64,000 bases of DNA. Origin: the human T2T-CHM13v2.0 reference genome, Homo sapiens. A model generated the notes under the pieces. The model worked only from the letters and a program-made list of their open reading frames with translations, had not been told where the DNA came from and searched no databases. Below, in pieces: positions 15,731-30,944 of the stretch (position 1 is the first letter of the stretch; each line of letters starts with the position of its first letter). A program made the position numbers and the translations under genes. The stretch lies in assembly GCF_009914755.1 (NCBI RefSeq), contig NC_060939.1; one strand, written 5' to 3'.

Positions 15731-18700
15731 TGAAATAAATGAAAGCCTATGCACAGACCCCATGGCAACAGGGAGCCATGAGGGAGAAGTGTGTGTGTAT
15801 GAATTCAGCTTCTGGCACCTGAGGGAAAGGAGACCCATAGAAAGGGAGAAAGTGGAGTGCAGAGCACCATGTTGGCCCAAGACAAACCTCCATGCTTCAT
15901 AGCACAAGAGTGTTAGGAATTCCACAGACTCATCACCCACAAAATGAAACCCAAGATCCTTGGCATACATTCAGAGTTTTCACCATCTGGCCCCTGCTGT
16001 TAACAGTACAGGAAAAATCCAACTTGTGTCATTCACCCTGCCACCTCCCCTCCTTTTTGTTTAATTCTATCTCCACCACTCTATAAACACAGTAGCAGCA
16101 GGCACAGTGTTAGAAGTGATGCCTTCTTACACCTCTGACCTCTTGATTTTCCCTTAGTGGGCTCCTCCTGCCACAGCTGTCATCACCTTTGGGCCCTCTT
16201 GCTCTGCCATCTTCCCTCAGTCATGCACTTTTATCCTCATCAAACTAAAATGGAATGTTCTGATGTGCATGTCCAGAGCTGGCTCATTCCTTTGATTAAG
16301 CAGGTATGACTTGAGGAAATCTGGTCTGTCGGAGCAGCTTCCTGCATTCAATGATCTCCCCAACTATCCTGCTTCCACAATTTATCTTCTGTCCATTAGA
16401 GTAGGACAAGTCCCAGGTTACCCAAACCCTCATTGTAGAATTTAAAGACAGTGCCTTGCAGACACCAACACATTTATATTCAGTATCAGATTATAACAAT
16501 AGCAATTCCATTACACTGGCCAGGGATGCAATACATTCTAATGAAGATTAAGGAAATGGCAGAAAGGAAGGAGAGGTTTAGAGGAGGCGCCCCTGGGCCA
16601 AGTATAGGCAGCAAGAGAGGGCACAGAGCATGAGAGAAAATGCTGAATGGACAAAGGAAAGAGAATAGGCACAGGGTGGACCATGGACCCATTATCTGTT
16701 TCTCACGTTCATTTCCAGTTTTCCACAATTCTTCAGTTCTTATTATGGGGTCTTACCTGGGCAGCCTTTGAGGGTGTGTTTTTTTCTCTCTGGTCTACTT
16801 CCTCAAGACATCTTTTTACCTCTACACACGAGTTTTCATCACGAAGTTCACTCTTTTCCCCACCTCCACTATCTCCAATAAACTCTCAATGTAAAGTTAA
16901 ACTGATTGGGCTGTGGGTCAGTTGCATTACATTTAAATAAGCACAGAGAACATCAAAAACTTCAGGAAACACAGTGCAGATATCTGCAGCTACCCTTTGA
17001 TAAACCCAGCAGCTGCGGCCATTCGAACTCTCTCATGGGAATTAGGAAACTAAAATGTACTTTTAAAAAATCTATAAAACAATCTTCAGGCAATAACATT
17101 GAGTCTGCCTCTCCACAGAGAATAGCAATCAGTGGAGTAAGACAGCATCAGTGAGTTTGATACTTAATCTAATTATTTTCTGCTGTGGATTTGTTATGGG
17201 CAATGTAACAATTGGTACTAACTTTTAAACAGTTCAGAACTTCTTTGGTTTTTTTTTTTTTTTGACCTAATTTGACAATGCATTTCTCATTAAGTATTAT
17301 TGAGAATGAAGCCAAAAGGAAGGGGTGGCGGGTTTCCTGTCTGTTTGTTGAAAATGAGACAAATGGAGTACACTATTAAAAGGATTGAATTGCTTATACA
17401 AATCTGAAACCCACTCCCTTCTTGACATGAACTACAGGGTCTACACATCAGTCTAGCCAATTAAAGGAATACGTTCCATTAGTATGTTTGTGCTTTGCCA
17501 TGAAGAATTATAATTTTAAAAATATAAAGGCAATATATGTGATTCATATCACAAATTATACTTATATCCAGTACCAGCCAACCTATTATTGATTTCTTCT
17601 GCTGGAGGTCACCGATAAGGAGTGAAGAAACACAAAGATAGTGAAACTTATCTAGGCACTGTCCAATTCAGTCGAAGTTCAATTCAACTCATGAAAGACC
17701 CTTTATACGTGCACAGAATTTACGAAACAGAGTTGTGACTATCCAGTAATGTCACTAAATTAAAGACATTTTAAACTTCTGATAATAATGGCCATAGGTA
17801 TCAAAGTCCTTTTTTTTTTTTTGAGTATCCACTATTTATCAGGTTTTATTCTAGGCAGTTGTATTTAAATTACATATTTTAATGCTAACTTTTAAAATAA
17901 GATACATGAGACTAAGAAAGAGTAAAGAACTAGTCCCCCAATTTCATAGCAATTGAGGAACAAAGTAGAGACGGGAAAGTGGTTCTGTAAAACCCTGAGA
18001 TTAAGTTCTTCCCTGTGCTCCACTCTATCTCTTTCAGAAGTGCCTTAGAGAGCCACCAGCATACGTTTCTGACATCTTTGTGTAGGGAAACTTTGGCTTT
18101 TGAAAGTAATACTGGTTAGGGTACAGCCCAGAGTAATTTGGAGCCACCTCTGTTGAGTAAGGTACATGATCAATCCTGATTTGCATAAAAGATAAGGTAT
18201 AACTGTTTAGAATGAGGATGCTTTTCTGGTGTATCTTATATAGCTGCCTCATTTTGCTTTTCTTTTCACTTGTAATAGGGGTCCTACTTAGAAAAAATAT
18301 TAATGAGCTTTTCTCATTTGCTTTCCTGAATACAAGACTTTCCCCCTAGTCCACTAGAAGCATTTGTGTGAGTTTAGTGGTGGCAGATGCCAAAAGGCAG
18401 GTAGAGAAAGTGAGAGAGTTAATATGCAGCTTTTGATATTCAAAATAGATTTCTGCAGAATAGTGTTAGTCCTAAAATCAGACTATTTTCTCAAAACAGG
18501 ATTTTCAAAATTCCTTCATTTCCCTTTGAACATATTAAAAACTAAGAGTGCACATATGAAGAACACAAATAGTTCTCTCATATCACAGAGAAGGCACTCA
18601 ATATATAGATTCCTTCCACATCTAGACCAAGAAGTTTATCATTTTATGGTAAGAGTAAGAATATGTTGGAAGAATAATAAAGGTCAGGAGAGGAAATCTG

Positions 18701-19063
18701 ACCCTTCTGACACTAGGAGATAGAAAAAGGGAACAAGAAACAGTGGCCTCCAGAGTTTTTGTTTTTACTCTCTTCTTGGGGCAAAGCATTAGGACAGAAT
18801 GGTTATGAAAACATCCGGGTAAACTGAGGGGCATACGCACGAAGCAGGGAGAAGTACATCGGAAAGACTGGAGCTTGCTTTTGTTCCTGTGTGAGCTGGT
18901 TCTGAGTTTGGGGTCTTGAAGGCTTAAACCTGGCTTGGAGTGGACTTCTCTGGCCAGGGAGCAAGATGGACCTAGTTGGAGCCCTGCCTGGTAAGGATTG
19001 AGGGGCCAGGGTCTACAGGACTCAGAGCCAAGGGAAGTTGAGAAAGCCAAGAAGCATGTAGAC

Positions 19064-19264
19064 CGGGAGTCGGCAAACTATGGCCCATGGGTCAGAACCA
19101 ACCCGATGGCCTATTTTTATAAAGAAACACTCATTTGTTTACATATTATCTTTGGCTGCATTTCAGCTGCAGAGTTGGGTAGTTGTAACAAAGACCATAT
19201 GATCCACAAAGCCTAAAACATTTACTGTCTGTGGCCCTTTATGGAAAAAGTTTGCCAATCTTTG
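19064..19264 (-). mobile_element. MER58A (hAT-Charlie MITE)
   Basis: Terminal inverted repeats cgggagtcggcaaac...gtttgccaatctttg; partial 8-bp TSD atgtagac/ccctagac. Confidence 0.8.
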
Positions 19265-19679
19265 CCCTAGACCTTATGAAAGTCTACAGAACACACTGCA
19301 AGGAGGCAGACAGGGAATAATGCCTTGGAAATCAGAGGAGCCTGAGGATACAGGCAAGTCAAAGGAGAGAAACTCCTTTCCTTAGGAGGTCACAAAACAT
19401 AAGTCAGTGCCCACCCTCCAGAGCCGAGACACCATGCTGGAGAGAAGCTGGAGAAGGGACTAAAAACTGAGCTAAGAAGTTCAAGAGACTGGACATTTTT
19501 ACCTTGTATTATCTAAAGGGATAGTTACATTATTTCATTGCATTGGCTTGAATATAGTCTCCAATGGAGCGGTTGATATTTACGAGGAAGTCCAGATCAG
19601 TCAGAAGTAAAGAAATTGTATTTGCTCCAAACATCACACAATGTAAGTTTTATAACCCACCTACCAATTTATAGATTAT

Positions 19680-19830
19680 GAGACCTGATAGAAACCTTAG
19701 AGATACTTTACATTCTTCTATCGTTGTACAGATAAGAAAACAGTGTTCCTGAAAGACCATGTTCCTGTAGATAGGTAGAAAATGAACTGACACCAGAATC
19801 CAATCCCCTGACCCAATGGCTCCAAATACC
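19680..19830 (-). mobile_element. MIR fragment
   Basis: MIR-core-like gtacagataagaaaacagtg...cagaatccaatcccctgac. Confidence 0.45.
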
Positions 19831-20558
19831 CGGTATTCAGGGGGGATGTTTAGTGTTGTATCCTCAAGGCACTGGTAGGAAAGAGCATGCTCAAACGTCA
19901 AAGAAATGGAGAAAGTTTGATAAAGAAACTGCTTATAAAGGTATGGCGAAGGTTTTGGTATACCAGCAGGGAGAGGGCAGTACACCAGGACTAGTGACGT
20001 GGGGAGACCTTACCATCCAGGGACTGGGACAAGGGGAGGGGGCCGCTCAGAGAGAGACCAACAAGATGGAGAAAGGCAGCTAATTCAAAGTTCTCCCATA
20101 GGGCAAAACTCAGGGAAATACATGTCCTGACTTATTCACTCTCTTTCTACACTTTAGTCTTCCTGTTAGTTTATTTCATTTTTTCATCCATAATACATGG
20201 AAGCCCTATAGAGTGGTCTACAAAATTGAGCATCCCAAGACACAGAAGAGTGGAAATAGTATCTAGAGGGGAAAACAGAAAAAAACTGAGCATCATCATA
20301 TAAAATGATACCTGGAAGCATGCCTATCACGGAGTAGGCACTCAAATCTTTTTAAAAAGAATAAATGAATGGATGAATTTTACTGTCGATCAAGTCATTC
20401 TTATGAACTTTTATGGGATCCTTGCCAAGTACAACACTCATCCAACAGACCATCAACCCCAGAAGAAAAGTTCTAGTGAGAGATATCTCTTCCCCACAAA
20501 TAGAATATGAAGGTCCCTGGCTGTAAGTGTTATCAAAGATAGGCTTTGGATGTGTGAT

Positions 20559-21100
20559 TGTATTCGATTTCTATCGCTGCGTAACAAATCACCACAAACT
20601 TAGCAGCGTACAACAACACAAATTTATTATCTCACAGTTTCTATGGGTTAGGAATCCTGGCACAGGTTAACTGGGTCCTCTGCTCAATCTCACTGGACTG
20701 AAATCTGGGTATTGGCTGGGTCTAGGGTCTCACCTAGAGCTTGAGGTCTTTTTCCAGGTTAATTCGGGTTGCTGGCAGAGTTCATTTCCTTGCAGCTGTA
20801 GGACTGAGGTCCCTGATTCCTGCTGGTGGAGGAACAGCTGGGGTTGCCCTCAGCTCCTAGAGGCTGCCCTCAGGTCTCAGCTATGTGGCTCCCTCACAAG
20901 CCCTCTCACACTTCCACTCTCTAGGGCCCACCCACAAAATCTCCCTTTTGATTAATGAAAAGTCCATTGCTTAGTCTCCTGGATGTGTGATATCCCATCA
21001 TATTCACCGGTTCTGCCTGCACACAAGGGGAAGGATTATACAGGGCATGTGCACCAAAGGTTGGAATCTTCAGGGCCATTTTGGAATTCTGCCTACACAA
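20559..21100 (-). mobile_element. MLT1 (MaLR) solo LTR, MLT1D/E-like
   Basis: tgtattcgatttctatcgctgcgtaacaaatcaccacaaacttag...ttggaattctgcctacaca; 5-bp TSD gtgat (20554-20558 / 21101-21105). Confidence 0.85.
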
Positions 21101-22689
21101 GTGATGCAAGTTCTCATGCTCTTCTAAATTCCCAGATTTTATTTAAAATAAACAGTTTATTTACATCCTGACTCAGAACCCTTAAACCCTAGGGTTTTAA
21201 ATTTTTTTTTTTAATCAGGAATATTTCCAGACCACTTTGTCATTTCACAGATGCGTGGAGAGGAGGCTGAGCCATCATTGGCTGTGCTTACATTTTAGAG
21301 CCATTTTTCTGATGAGGGAGTGTGGTGGATCTGCTGTCATTCATAAGATAGAAAAGAAGAGAAAATGATTGCTTTGAATTGTGGAAATATGATTATTTAA
21401 AACACCAACTTCCTTATATATTCTGATCACTTTTTTATAATTGAACCACATTTGCTTGGCTTTGAAACTTCACAAGCATGGTAGCCAAAAGTGTGTAATA
21501 ATTTGTAGACAAAACCATGAAGAGTGAAACCAACTACTTGTATTTTTGGTATAAAGCAATCAAACCAAGACAGCATTAATAACCAAATAATGTTTAAACT
21601 TAATACTCCCCAACAAAGTATATTTTATGCTTTCTTAAAGGATGTCTGTGAGATAGAAGCAGTCATACAAATGGCCAAATAAAACTATTTTTAAAGATTT
21701 TGTTATTTAAAAATGAAGTAAATTTCCTATCTTAAAAATCAACATAGATCTCTTACAAGGTGAGGTCATATTGATTGCAGACTTTTTAGGACCCTAAGGA
21801 GGAATTATTTTCCATAGACACTGTGCATATTTTCTTTGGATTTCATGAGAAAAGATTAAGTATTACAACATGCACTTAAAGTTTTCTTTCAGAATCTTTG
21901 CTGTTCTACCGAGGCCCAGGGAAGAAAGCAGTAGGGGCAGCAGGGTGGCTTCGGCTGTGTCCCCATTAAAGCTGCTGTTTTGGCCTGGACCAATTTCGTT
22001 ACTGCAATGATCATATTTTGCAAAAAAATCCATTAATGGATTCAGTTTGAACAGTGTATGATAAAGTGAGGGGCAGAAATTGCACTGATTATTTTATGAA
22101 GTCCTCACTCTCCAGCCTTCTCTAATCTCTCACTACCCCCATGCCCTAAAGCATCAAGCACAGGAACTTAGGGGAGAGAAGAAAGAAGAAGAGGGCAGGG
22201 AAAAGAGAATTACTGTGGGAAGAACTGTGGAAATCGCACAGAAATGGTTTTTAACTCTTCAGAAATTGAATGAACATAAAGTTTTCATGTTCAGAGCTAG
22301 AGAGTATTCACCTGATTCTACCTATTCTCACATCCTAAATACAATCATTTTTACCTAAGTCAAAAGGAGTTATCACCATTACATAAAGCTACTATTGACC
22401 ACTGAAAATAGCTAATATATTTAAGGAGGTATCTGCCACAAAAGCAGATAACTTTTAGGAAAGAAATTCAGGGAACTTTCTTCTTACAATATAGACAATT
22501 TGCATTCAAAGTTTGAATTGTTCATTAAAAATGATTCAAGTGACCATCTAACACTGAAGATAGAAATTTCGTTATAGGACTTGGGGATTTTAATCTTACC
22601 TAGAGTGTTTCCACGGAAGTAGGACAGGGAGGGCAGTTTCTTACCTTTTCTGACATCCGTTTGCTGTAACTCACACCATCAAGACCAGC

Positions 22690-23150
22690 CTAGTTTTCAG
22701 TTGGGATTCCATTTGTTTACAATGTATAGAAACCCTTGTAGGTGGGTCAGCCAATGGGCTAATCTTTCTAGGGCTAACCAGTCCAGGACTAAAGCAACTA
22801 CTCAAGGAAGCCATTAAGAACCCGCATTCCCACTTATGTCCTTGGGATGTTACTTTCATCCTCACAGTCATGAGAAAGCCACCATTTCCACCAGGCACCA
22901 GAAGTGGGAACCATGCCCCCAAAAAAGTGTTAGCATAGCCACTCCACAAGAAAGAAAAAGAAAGGAGAAGGGCAGCGGTCAGTGCCGGCTTTATATGGCA
23001 AACAGTAGTTTTCCTGGAGGCCTCCCCCAAGTTCACTTTCTATTGCATCTCATTAGGCAGGACTGGATCATGTGGTTACCCCTAGCTACAAGAAAGTGAC
23101 TTTTAAAAAATTGGCACACAGCTGCCACCATCAAAATGGGGTTCTGTTAA
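22690..23150 (-). mobile_element. Old MLT1 (K/L-like) LTR fragment
   Basis: MaLR-like motif catctcattaggcaggactggatcatgtggttacccctagctaca. Confidence 0.55.
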
Positions 23151-23157
23151 TATAAGA

Positions 23158-23371
23158 CAGGGGTCAGCAAACTTGTTCTATAAAAGACCAGATAGTAAAT
23201 ATATTAGGCCTGGCAGAACATACAGCATCTGTTACAACTACTCAATTCTGATCTTGTAGCATAAAAGCAGCCATAGGCAATACATGTGAGGCTGCGTTCC
23301 AATTAAACTTTATTTATCAAAGCAGCCAGAAGGCTAGATTTAGCTTGTGGATTGGAGTTTGCCAACTCTTG
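23158..23371 (+). mobile_element. MER58A (hAT-Charlie MITE)
   Basis: caggggtcagcaaact...gagtttgccaactcttg terminal inverted repeats. Confidence 0.8.
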
Positions 23372-25663
23372 ATATGAGAGAGAAGAAGGATATTAGGTAG
23401 GCAACTAGCAGGATCTCCCATCCCACCTGCCTGTTTTTAATCATCATTCTCTACCCTCCTTTCCTACTCTGCAGTGTAGTTCTTGAACACACAAAGAAAA
23501 TACAAATCAGCAAACATGGCATTCCACGTTTGGAAGGAATACAGCTTCTGGGCTGTCACAACGCTTGGTTTCTAATCCTTTCCCAACATCGGTGTCTGTG
23601 ATTCTGTGCAAAGTGAAGCATAGCTACTCTGGTATCTCAGTCATGTCATTTACTCAAGTACAGGAAGACCCCACAGCGCCAGAGTCTAGAAGTTACAAGG
23701 AAAAGTGAAGAAGTGGCTGTCACAAGATGATGAATTGTTGCCCTCTGAAGTTTTGAATTGGATCTTACAAGACAAAACCGGACAAACCAAGGAAACTTGG
23801 TAATTTTCTGTGCTGCAGAGCAGCCACCTGGCAAATATCACATTGCAACCACCAACCCTTGGCAGAGGTTGGAACAGCAGCTATAATTATAAAGAGCAGG
23901 GAGGAGACTCTAAAAATCTCTTCTGAGTGGCAAAAATTCTGAAAATCAAGATAATTACAACATTAGCTCATCCTGATTTGCTTGGCTATTTATAGATGAG
24001 AAGAAGCTGATGCACTGAGAGCTGTTTCTTTTTTTTTTTCTTTTCTATTTGCATTAAATCCTGTGTGGCTCCTCTCTGAAATGTGTGCATATGCTGAGTC
24101 CATGTGAGATGCCACCACTGGCACTTGTCATAAGAATTAAATCCCTCTCAAGCTTGTTTACAGCTCAGCACTTGTCATACTGCTCCCTTGAGCTTCATGG
24201 CTGGTTGGGTTCTTTTTTACCCCAGCTCTGCGGAAGATTTAATTTCTTTTTTGTTTATGTGTGTACTTACCCTTGCAGGTGCAGGATAGAAAAAATTGCT
24301 GTGCCCAGATGTTTTGAAGCTGCAGTAGCATATATACAGCTCAGATTAAATAGAAAAATTGCATAAGATAAAGCAGGCACTTCGAGTACAGTATTCTACA
24401 GGGTATTTGATAAACCTATCATGTTTTCTTGACAATAAGACTCTTGAATATAACTTTAGAAACAGAGGAATGTTTTAAGGCATCACCAGCTCAACTCATT
24501 TGTAGATGATTTTACAATGAGATTTGTCATTTTTGAGCAGGGCCTATTACATTTACCCCATTTTCAACTTAGAAAATATCTTCCCAGAACAGAACAGTCT
24601 GGGAATTGGGTGGAAACAACACCTAGCAAACTGTCTCAGCTCATTACTGGATTAGTTAGACCTCAGGGATCTGAGGCCAGATTTTGTCTTAGTTTTGGAA
24701 CACAGCAAACATAACCCAAGCACAAACAACCCTCTTGCTACTCGTTGAGCTCTGTGCTAATATGCAAAAGCCCTGCCTGAGTCACAGATGGAAAATGCTT
24801 CTACACACCCTCAGTTTGGATTTTCATTTACCCAATGCAATGGGTTAACCTGTTTTGCACACAGCAACTGTCAAATAAGACAAGGAGTTCAGCTCAGGAG
24901 AAGAGAATAATGCTCAAAATTCTTGACTCCCCTTCAACAGCCTCCAACAATTGTTTCCCAGCACTGCATGGAGGCAGCTCACCACCTTTGGCAAAGCCTA
25001 GACTGTGATGCTTGTCATGAAGGCCTATACAATACACCCAGCTCTGCTTTGTGACATAGTCCCCGTGAGGGCCTGGGGAGAATGTTACCATATTTAGCTT
25101 TCCCAGGAGGTGTGGAAGAGTTCCCAGCTGTCCTGCTTAAGATGTTGGTTTAAACCAAATCCTTCATCTGCCTTTGCTCATGAAGCTAAACACCCACAGT
25201 AGAACTGGGAAAAGAGTACCTTAGGCCTCAGTTTATTTGTAGAGAGGAAAAGGTTCACACAAAAAAGAGAAAAAGAGATGCTCTCCCTTTTTAATTTGAG
25301 TGCCAGTCCTGGATCCCCAGTTGGCAAAGCCTTTTATAGTCATTTCTGCCCCAGAATTCTGCATCTGCAAGATCAGAGCTTATTAGTATTATCTCTTACT
25401 CTTCCTCCCAACATTGCCACTAGAGACTGTAAAAGGTTCAGACTATACACACTGAAAGGCAAATGGCTCTTGTTTAGCTATCATAGTGCAGGGTTTTGCT
25501 TGCACTAAAAGACATATATTCCTCTAGCCATACCAATAATATTAAACACTCACTTCACCCCAAAATCCTCTAGAACCTCAGTAGAACATGGAGAATATAT
25601 TAGAAATCTGTATCTCTTATAACAGACCATATGTGAGTTACTATTCAGAGTAAGTCAAGAATA

Positions 25664-26824
25664 CAGTTATATCCCACATAACAATGTTTTGGTTCGATGC
25701 CAGACTGCATATATGATGGTGGTCCCATAAGATTATAATGGAGCTGAAAAATTCCTATTGCCTAGTGATGTTGTAGCCATGGTAACTTCTTAGTGCAACA
25801 CATTAATCACACGTTTGTGGTGATGCGAGTGTAAACAAACCTACTGCACTGGCCGGTGAAAAAGAATAACACATACAATTATGTGCAGACATAATACTTG
25901 ATAATAAACAACTGTGTTACTGATTTATGTGTTTACTATGCTATACTTTTTAAATTATTGTCTTAGAGTATACTCCTACTTATTAAAAAAAAAGGAACTG
26001 CAAAACAGCCTCAGGCAGGTCCTTCAGGAGGTATTCCAGAAAAAGACATGATCATAGGAGATGACGGCTCCATGAATGTTAATGTCCCTGAAGACCATAA
26101 GATGTGGAGGTGGAAGACAGTAGAACTGATCATCCTGACCCTTTGTAGGCCTAAGATAATGTATGTGTTTGTGTCTTTGTTTTTAACAAAAAAGCTTAGA
26201 AAGTGAAACATTAAATAGGAAAAAGCTTATAGAATAGGATATAAAGAAATATTGTTGTACATCTGTACAATGTGTTTGTATTTTAAGTATTACAAAATAA
26301 TCAAATAGTTAAAAAAAGTTTATAAAATAAAAAAGTTACAGTAAGTTTAGGTTAATTTACTATTGAAGAAAGAAAAAAATTTAGTGTAGCCTATGTGTAC
26401 AATGTTTATAAAGTCTACAGTAGTGTACAGTAGTGTCCTAGGCCTTCACATTCACTCACCACTCACTCACTCAGAGCAACCTCCAGTCCCACAGCCTCCA
26501 TTCATGGTAAATGCCCTATACAGGCATGCCATTTTTAATCCTTTATATTCTGCCTTTACTGTACCTTTCCTATGTTTACATATGTTTAGATAGACAAACA
26601 TTTACCATTGTGTTACAATTGCCTACAGTATTCAGTACAGTAACATGCTGTACAGATTCGTTGCCTAGGAGCAATTGGCCATATCATATATCCTATGTGT
26701 GTAGTAGGCTATACCGTCTAGGTTTGTTTCAGTACTGTACACTCTGTGACGGTTGCACAACGACAAAATCGCCTAACGATGCATTTCTCAGAATGTATCC
26801 CCATTGTTAAGTGACTCATGACTG
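25664..26824 (+). mobile_element. Tigger3 (GOLEM)-type non-autonomous DNA transposon, Tigger3b-like
   Basis: TA TSDs (25662-63, 26825-26); TIRs cagttatatcccacataacaatg / cattgttaagtgactcatgactg; internal ggtggtcccataagattataatggagctgaaaaattcc. Confidence 0.88.
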
Positions 26825-27873
26825 TATTAGGGTCCAGGAGGCACCCTTGGTTTCATAGATCATGACAGTGATATTTATGTTTGTAGGCCATTGATCAATA
26901 TTGACAACACAACTATCATAAAATGTAGAGCTCTATTTGTGTTTTCTCACTTTAGTTTGTTCAAAGTAGCCCATTGCACACTGATTATTCTCAAAGTAGG
27001 AAGCCTATGGATTCTTCAGGATAGAGTGGGACTTCGTGAATGAAATTTTTTGTTTTTTTGGTAGGGTAATTTACATCTTTAATAGGGACTATTATAAAAA
27101 CTTGAAACATACTGACCTTGTACATCGAAGCCCCATTCAACATCAGACTATGGACACTGGGGCCATGGCCACACTAACTTGTAAGAAGGTGGAGCTCAGA
27201 GGTGGTCCGCTCCTCACTCTCAGTGACGTGTGAATCCAGATGATGACATCAGCAGACCAAATAGCATCTGCTCTCCTTTCTCCTCAAAATCTTCACAACC
27301 ACATATGCAAACACACAGGCACATACTTGCTAGATCTAAAAATTAGTTTATGTGAAATATTGAACACTTCTACTGAGAGTCAGACGTATTGTCTTGAGAA
27401 GTAACACAGTGAAGCTACTCTGTTTTTTTTTTTTTAATGTGTTTATCAGATTCAGTTGAGCCTGGAGTAAAGGCATGAGGAAGGGAGCCTCCAGCTGACA
27501 GACTCTGTTAGATCACAGAATAAAAGAAGCTAGAAAGAAGTCTGGAGACAAAGAGTGCTCTTTAGAGGGATGAAGCAGAAAGGGGACAATGGGACATTCT
27601 GTATGTACTTTGCCTGCTTCAAAACTATGTCTTAGAAATTTGGCTAGTAAACAACAAGTCAAAGCCAAGCTAAAGTCAACTAGAGGCAACCCCACTGTCT
27701 CTGAACCCACAAGTTGGGACGGGCTAAAGCTTTTAAGACAATTGTTTGTTTCTTCTTTTCTATAAGGGTAGTCCGAATCTGCCTTTCCAGCACATCTTCT
27801 GCTACTCCAATCCTGACCTAATGCTGGCCCCTTTTCTTGAATACTCCATGCAATTCTGGGCGTTTGTGACTTA

Positions 27874-28222
<349 letters not shown>

Positions 28223-29859
28223 TCTCTTTGCCATCCTATTTGAAAATCCCTACATATCTTTTACACCCAAGCTCAAAGATATTCTCTCCTATGACATCTT
28301 TCTTGGGCAGGTAAATCAGTTCCTCCATCGTGTTTCCAGGATATGTTTTACACATTTATTGCCTTATATTGGGATTGAGTGTTGCCTTCCCATTAAGATG
28401 AACTCCCAGAGAGGAGTGATGGCATTTAATCATCTATGAATCATCAAAGTTTAGTCCACAGTAGGTGCTCCATATATACTTAATTAACAAATGAATGAAT
28501 GAATAAAGCATTGCAATTTTTAAGGGAAGAAGCAGATGAGGACTTAGCAGGTGAGAAAGTTCCAAACAAAGTGCTAATGAATACTCCAGCCACTTTCTTG
28601 CAGAGGTTCATCTTTCACTTCCAGGCATTTGATTCTCAACATTTCTGTCCTTTTCCAAATTAGAGCTGTAACCCAGGTAAGTGTCAAAGCTTAGAAAAAC
28701 CATGGGAAAAACCTTGGGATCCTGATAAATTTGAAGACAAACTTAAACTTCAGTGAAGTGACAACATTGCCTGCTTAGGTTATTTCTTTATGCATTTAAG
28801 AGAGGTTTATCTCTCCAAACCCAGCTGTGGTTTGATCTCACACTTCCTTCACACTTGCTTCAACACCTGTTAACCACAACCATGAGGCTGCCGGGCCTGG
28901 CTTCATCTTGCTTTCTGGCTGTTGCTACAATGGTGTAACCGCGGCTCCGCAGCTGCTATGTTGGCAGTCACTCCAGGGGCTGGGGCCTGGCTTCTGCCTT
29001 TGGGGAGCTTTAACAGTCACACAGGTCTTGGTGCAATAGATGCTTCCCTTCTTCTGGCTCCCACAGCCTTTTGCTCATCTGTCCTTGCAAAGCCTATCAT
29101 ATTTCACTGTAGTTAGCTCATGTGTATCTATTGCCCTCACTGTGAGGAAAGGACCATGTCCTACTCATTTTTCTCTCACACTTACCAGTGCTGGCACTGG
29201 AAGGAAAGAATGAAAACTGAGTGACCACATGAATTAATGAAACATTCTCCTTAAAATTATTTGTTGGAACTTTAAATAAAACACTCATCATCCTATCAGT
29301 TATTACACCCCCCACAAAATGATACTTCTGATTTAGTGTAATTGGTTGCTTTTTCCCTCCCCCTTCACCCTGGAAACAAGTAATCTTTCTTGATTATCAA
29401 CATCTATTCCCTAATACAAAAATAGAAAAGAAAAACATGGACTTGTTATAAACCTACTGATGGCTTCCTCTCCGAGAGCTACCTTTGTACATCTCTAAAT
29501 AATATTTAACAATATTTGATTTCCTCAACCTCTCAGATTAGTGTGTCTGAGACATTATGTGGACACTGTGCATACTGCTTATGTATCTGAGCATATCTAA
29601 TTCCATTAATGGCATGAATATAATGATGCTCCATTTAAAAAATATTACATGCAATTTTTTCATTTGGAGAATGGAATGCTTCTGGCTTTTTGGGGTCTTG
29701 AGAATTAAGTATCTCTTTGGAATCTTCAGGAAATTAGGTAAAATACTGAAAGTTTATCATGCATTTTAGAAATAAGGATGCCAGGTTATTCTCCACTTGA
29801 ATGATCTATTTTGACTCACCTAAATTTAACTCTTCATTTCCAAGTCAGATCAGAGAGTG

Positions 29860-30050
29860 CTCACGGGCATGGTAAGGTGGGAAGTGAGGGCTTCGGCTCA
29901 AACCAGACTTAAGCTTGCTGAGCATCTTGACCACATTAGTAAACTCTTTTCTCTTCAGGTCTGTGAAGCACGGATAATATTACTGACTGCAGAGGGTTAC
30001 TGTGAAAATTAAAAGACAACATTGCATGCATAACATTCTTAGCTGTATTT
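29860..30050 (+). mobile_element. MIR fragment
   Basis: MIR-like ctgtgaagcacggataatat...agagggttactgtgaaaattaaa. Confidence 0.5.
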
Positions 30051-30944
30051 TGTGAAACAGCATTCCCTCTACTGAAGTTAGTATCCTTCCTTTCCTCATT
30101 CACTGGTCACCAACAATGCTTCTTTTCCCAACAGGGTACTGTAGTGTTGATACGCAAGTATCACTTCCTATAGAACGGGGAAGTTGAGGTGTGTGCATTA
30201 TACAGTTACACAGTTGAAGCAAATGTTAAGAACAATTCCCCGGTATTTTGATATAACGCACTCTGGGACCTTCTGGTTCTTCTCTAGTGGCGGTGCCTTT
30301 ATTCAGTCCAGAGACTTCTCCTCTTAGCCTCAGTCTCTGAGATTACTACTTCACCCACACTCCTTTTCTCCTCAACCTCCAGACCTCAGGAGCAGGTTCT
30401 TGTCTTTGCTTTTCTTCTCCACATTCCCGCCAGCTCAGCCAGCAGCCTCCCTGGGTTCTCCTCACAGAAAAACCTCCGGTTTTCGTAGTCCAGACTCCAC
30501 TTCTCTGATCTGAGGCTGTTCCCAGGATCACACCCTGAGTGTCATTCTCCTTAGCTCTTCCCGAGCAAACACTCTTGTCCTCAGAATGTCAGGTTCTCCT
30601 TGATAGGGTGTTTCTCTACCTTCTCCAGCTGGGTCATTTACTTAATCCTTTTCTGACCTTTGGTTATCCTAAAGGCACATCTCAGCTTGTCACAGTCACT
30701 CTTTTTTACCATTTTAATCCTCTTAGAATCACATGGAAAATCCCTGTCCTTGGCAGGAGTAATAGAGATGAACACAGACAAAGGCCCATTTATAGCTGAA
30801 CAACACCCTTGACTTTGGAAGTGTTTCTCCTCTTCCTTTACAAAAGCGAAGCACTTCAAGCGCACACTTTTCTTATATCCACTATTTCTACCTGTTTCCC
30901 TTCAACTAACAGTAAAGGAGATAGAGGACTTTTAAATTTAAAAT

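Noticed and set aside
30278-30298. Possible CTCF motif (ctctagtggcgg)
   Set aside because: Only the half-core matches; the GC-rich flank is missing.
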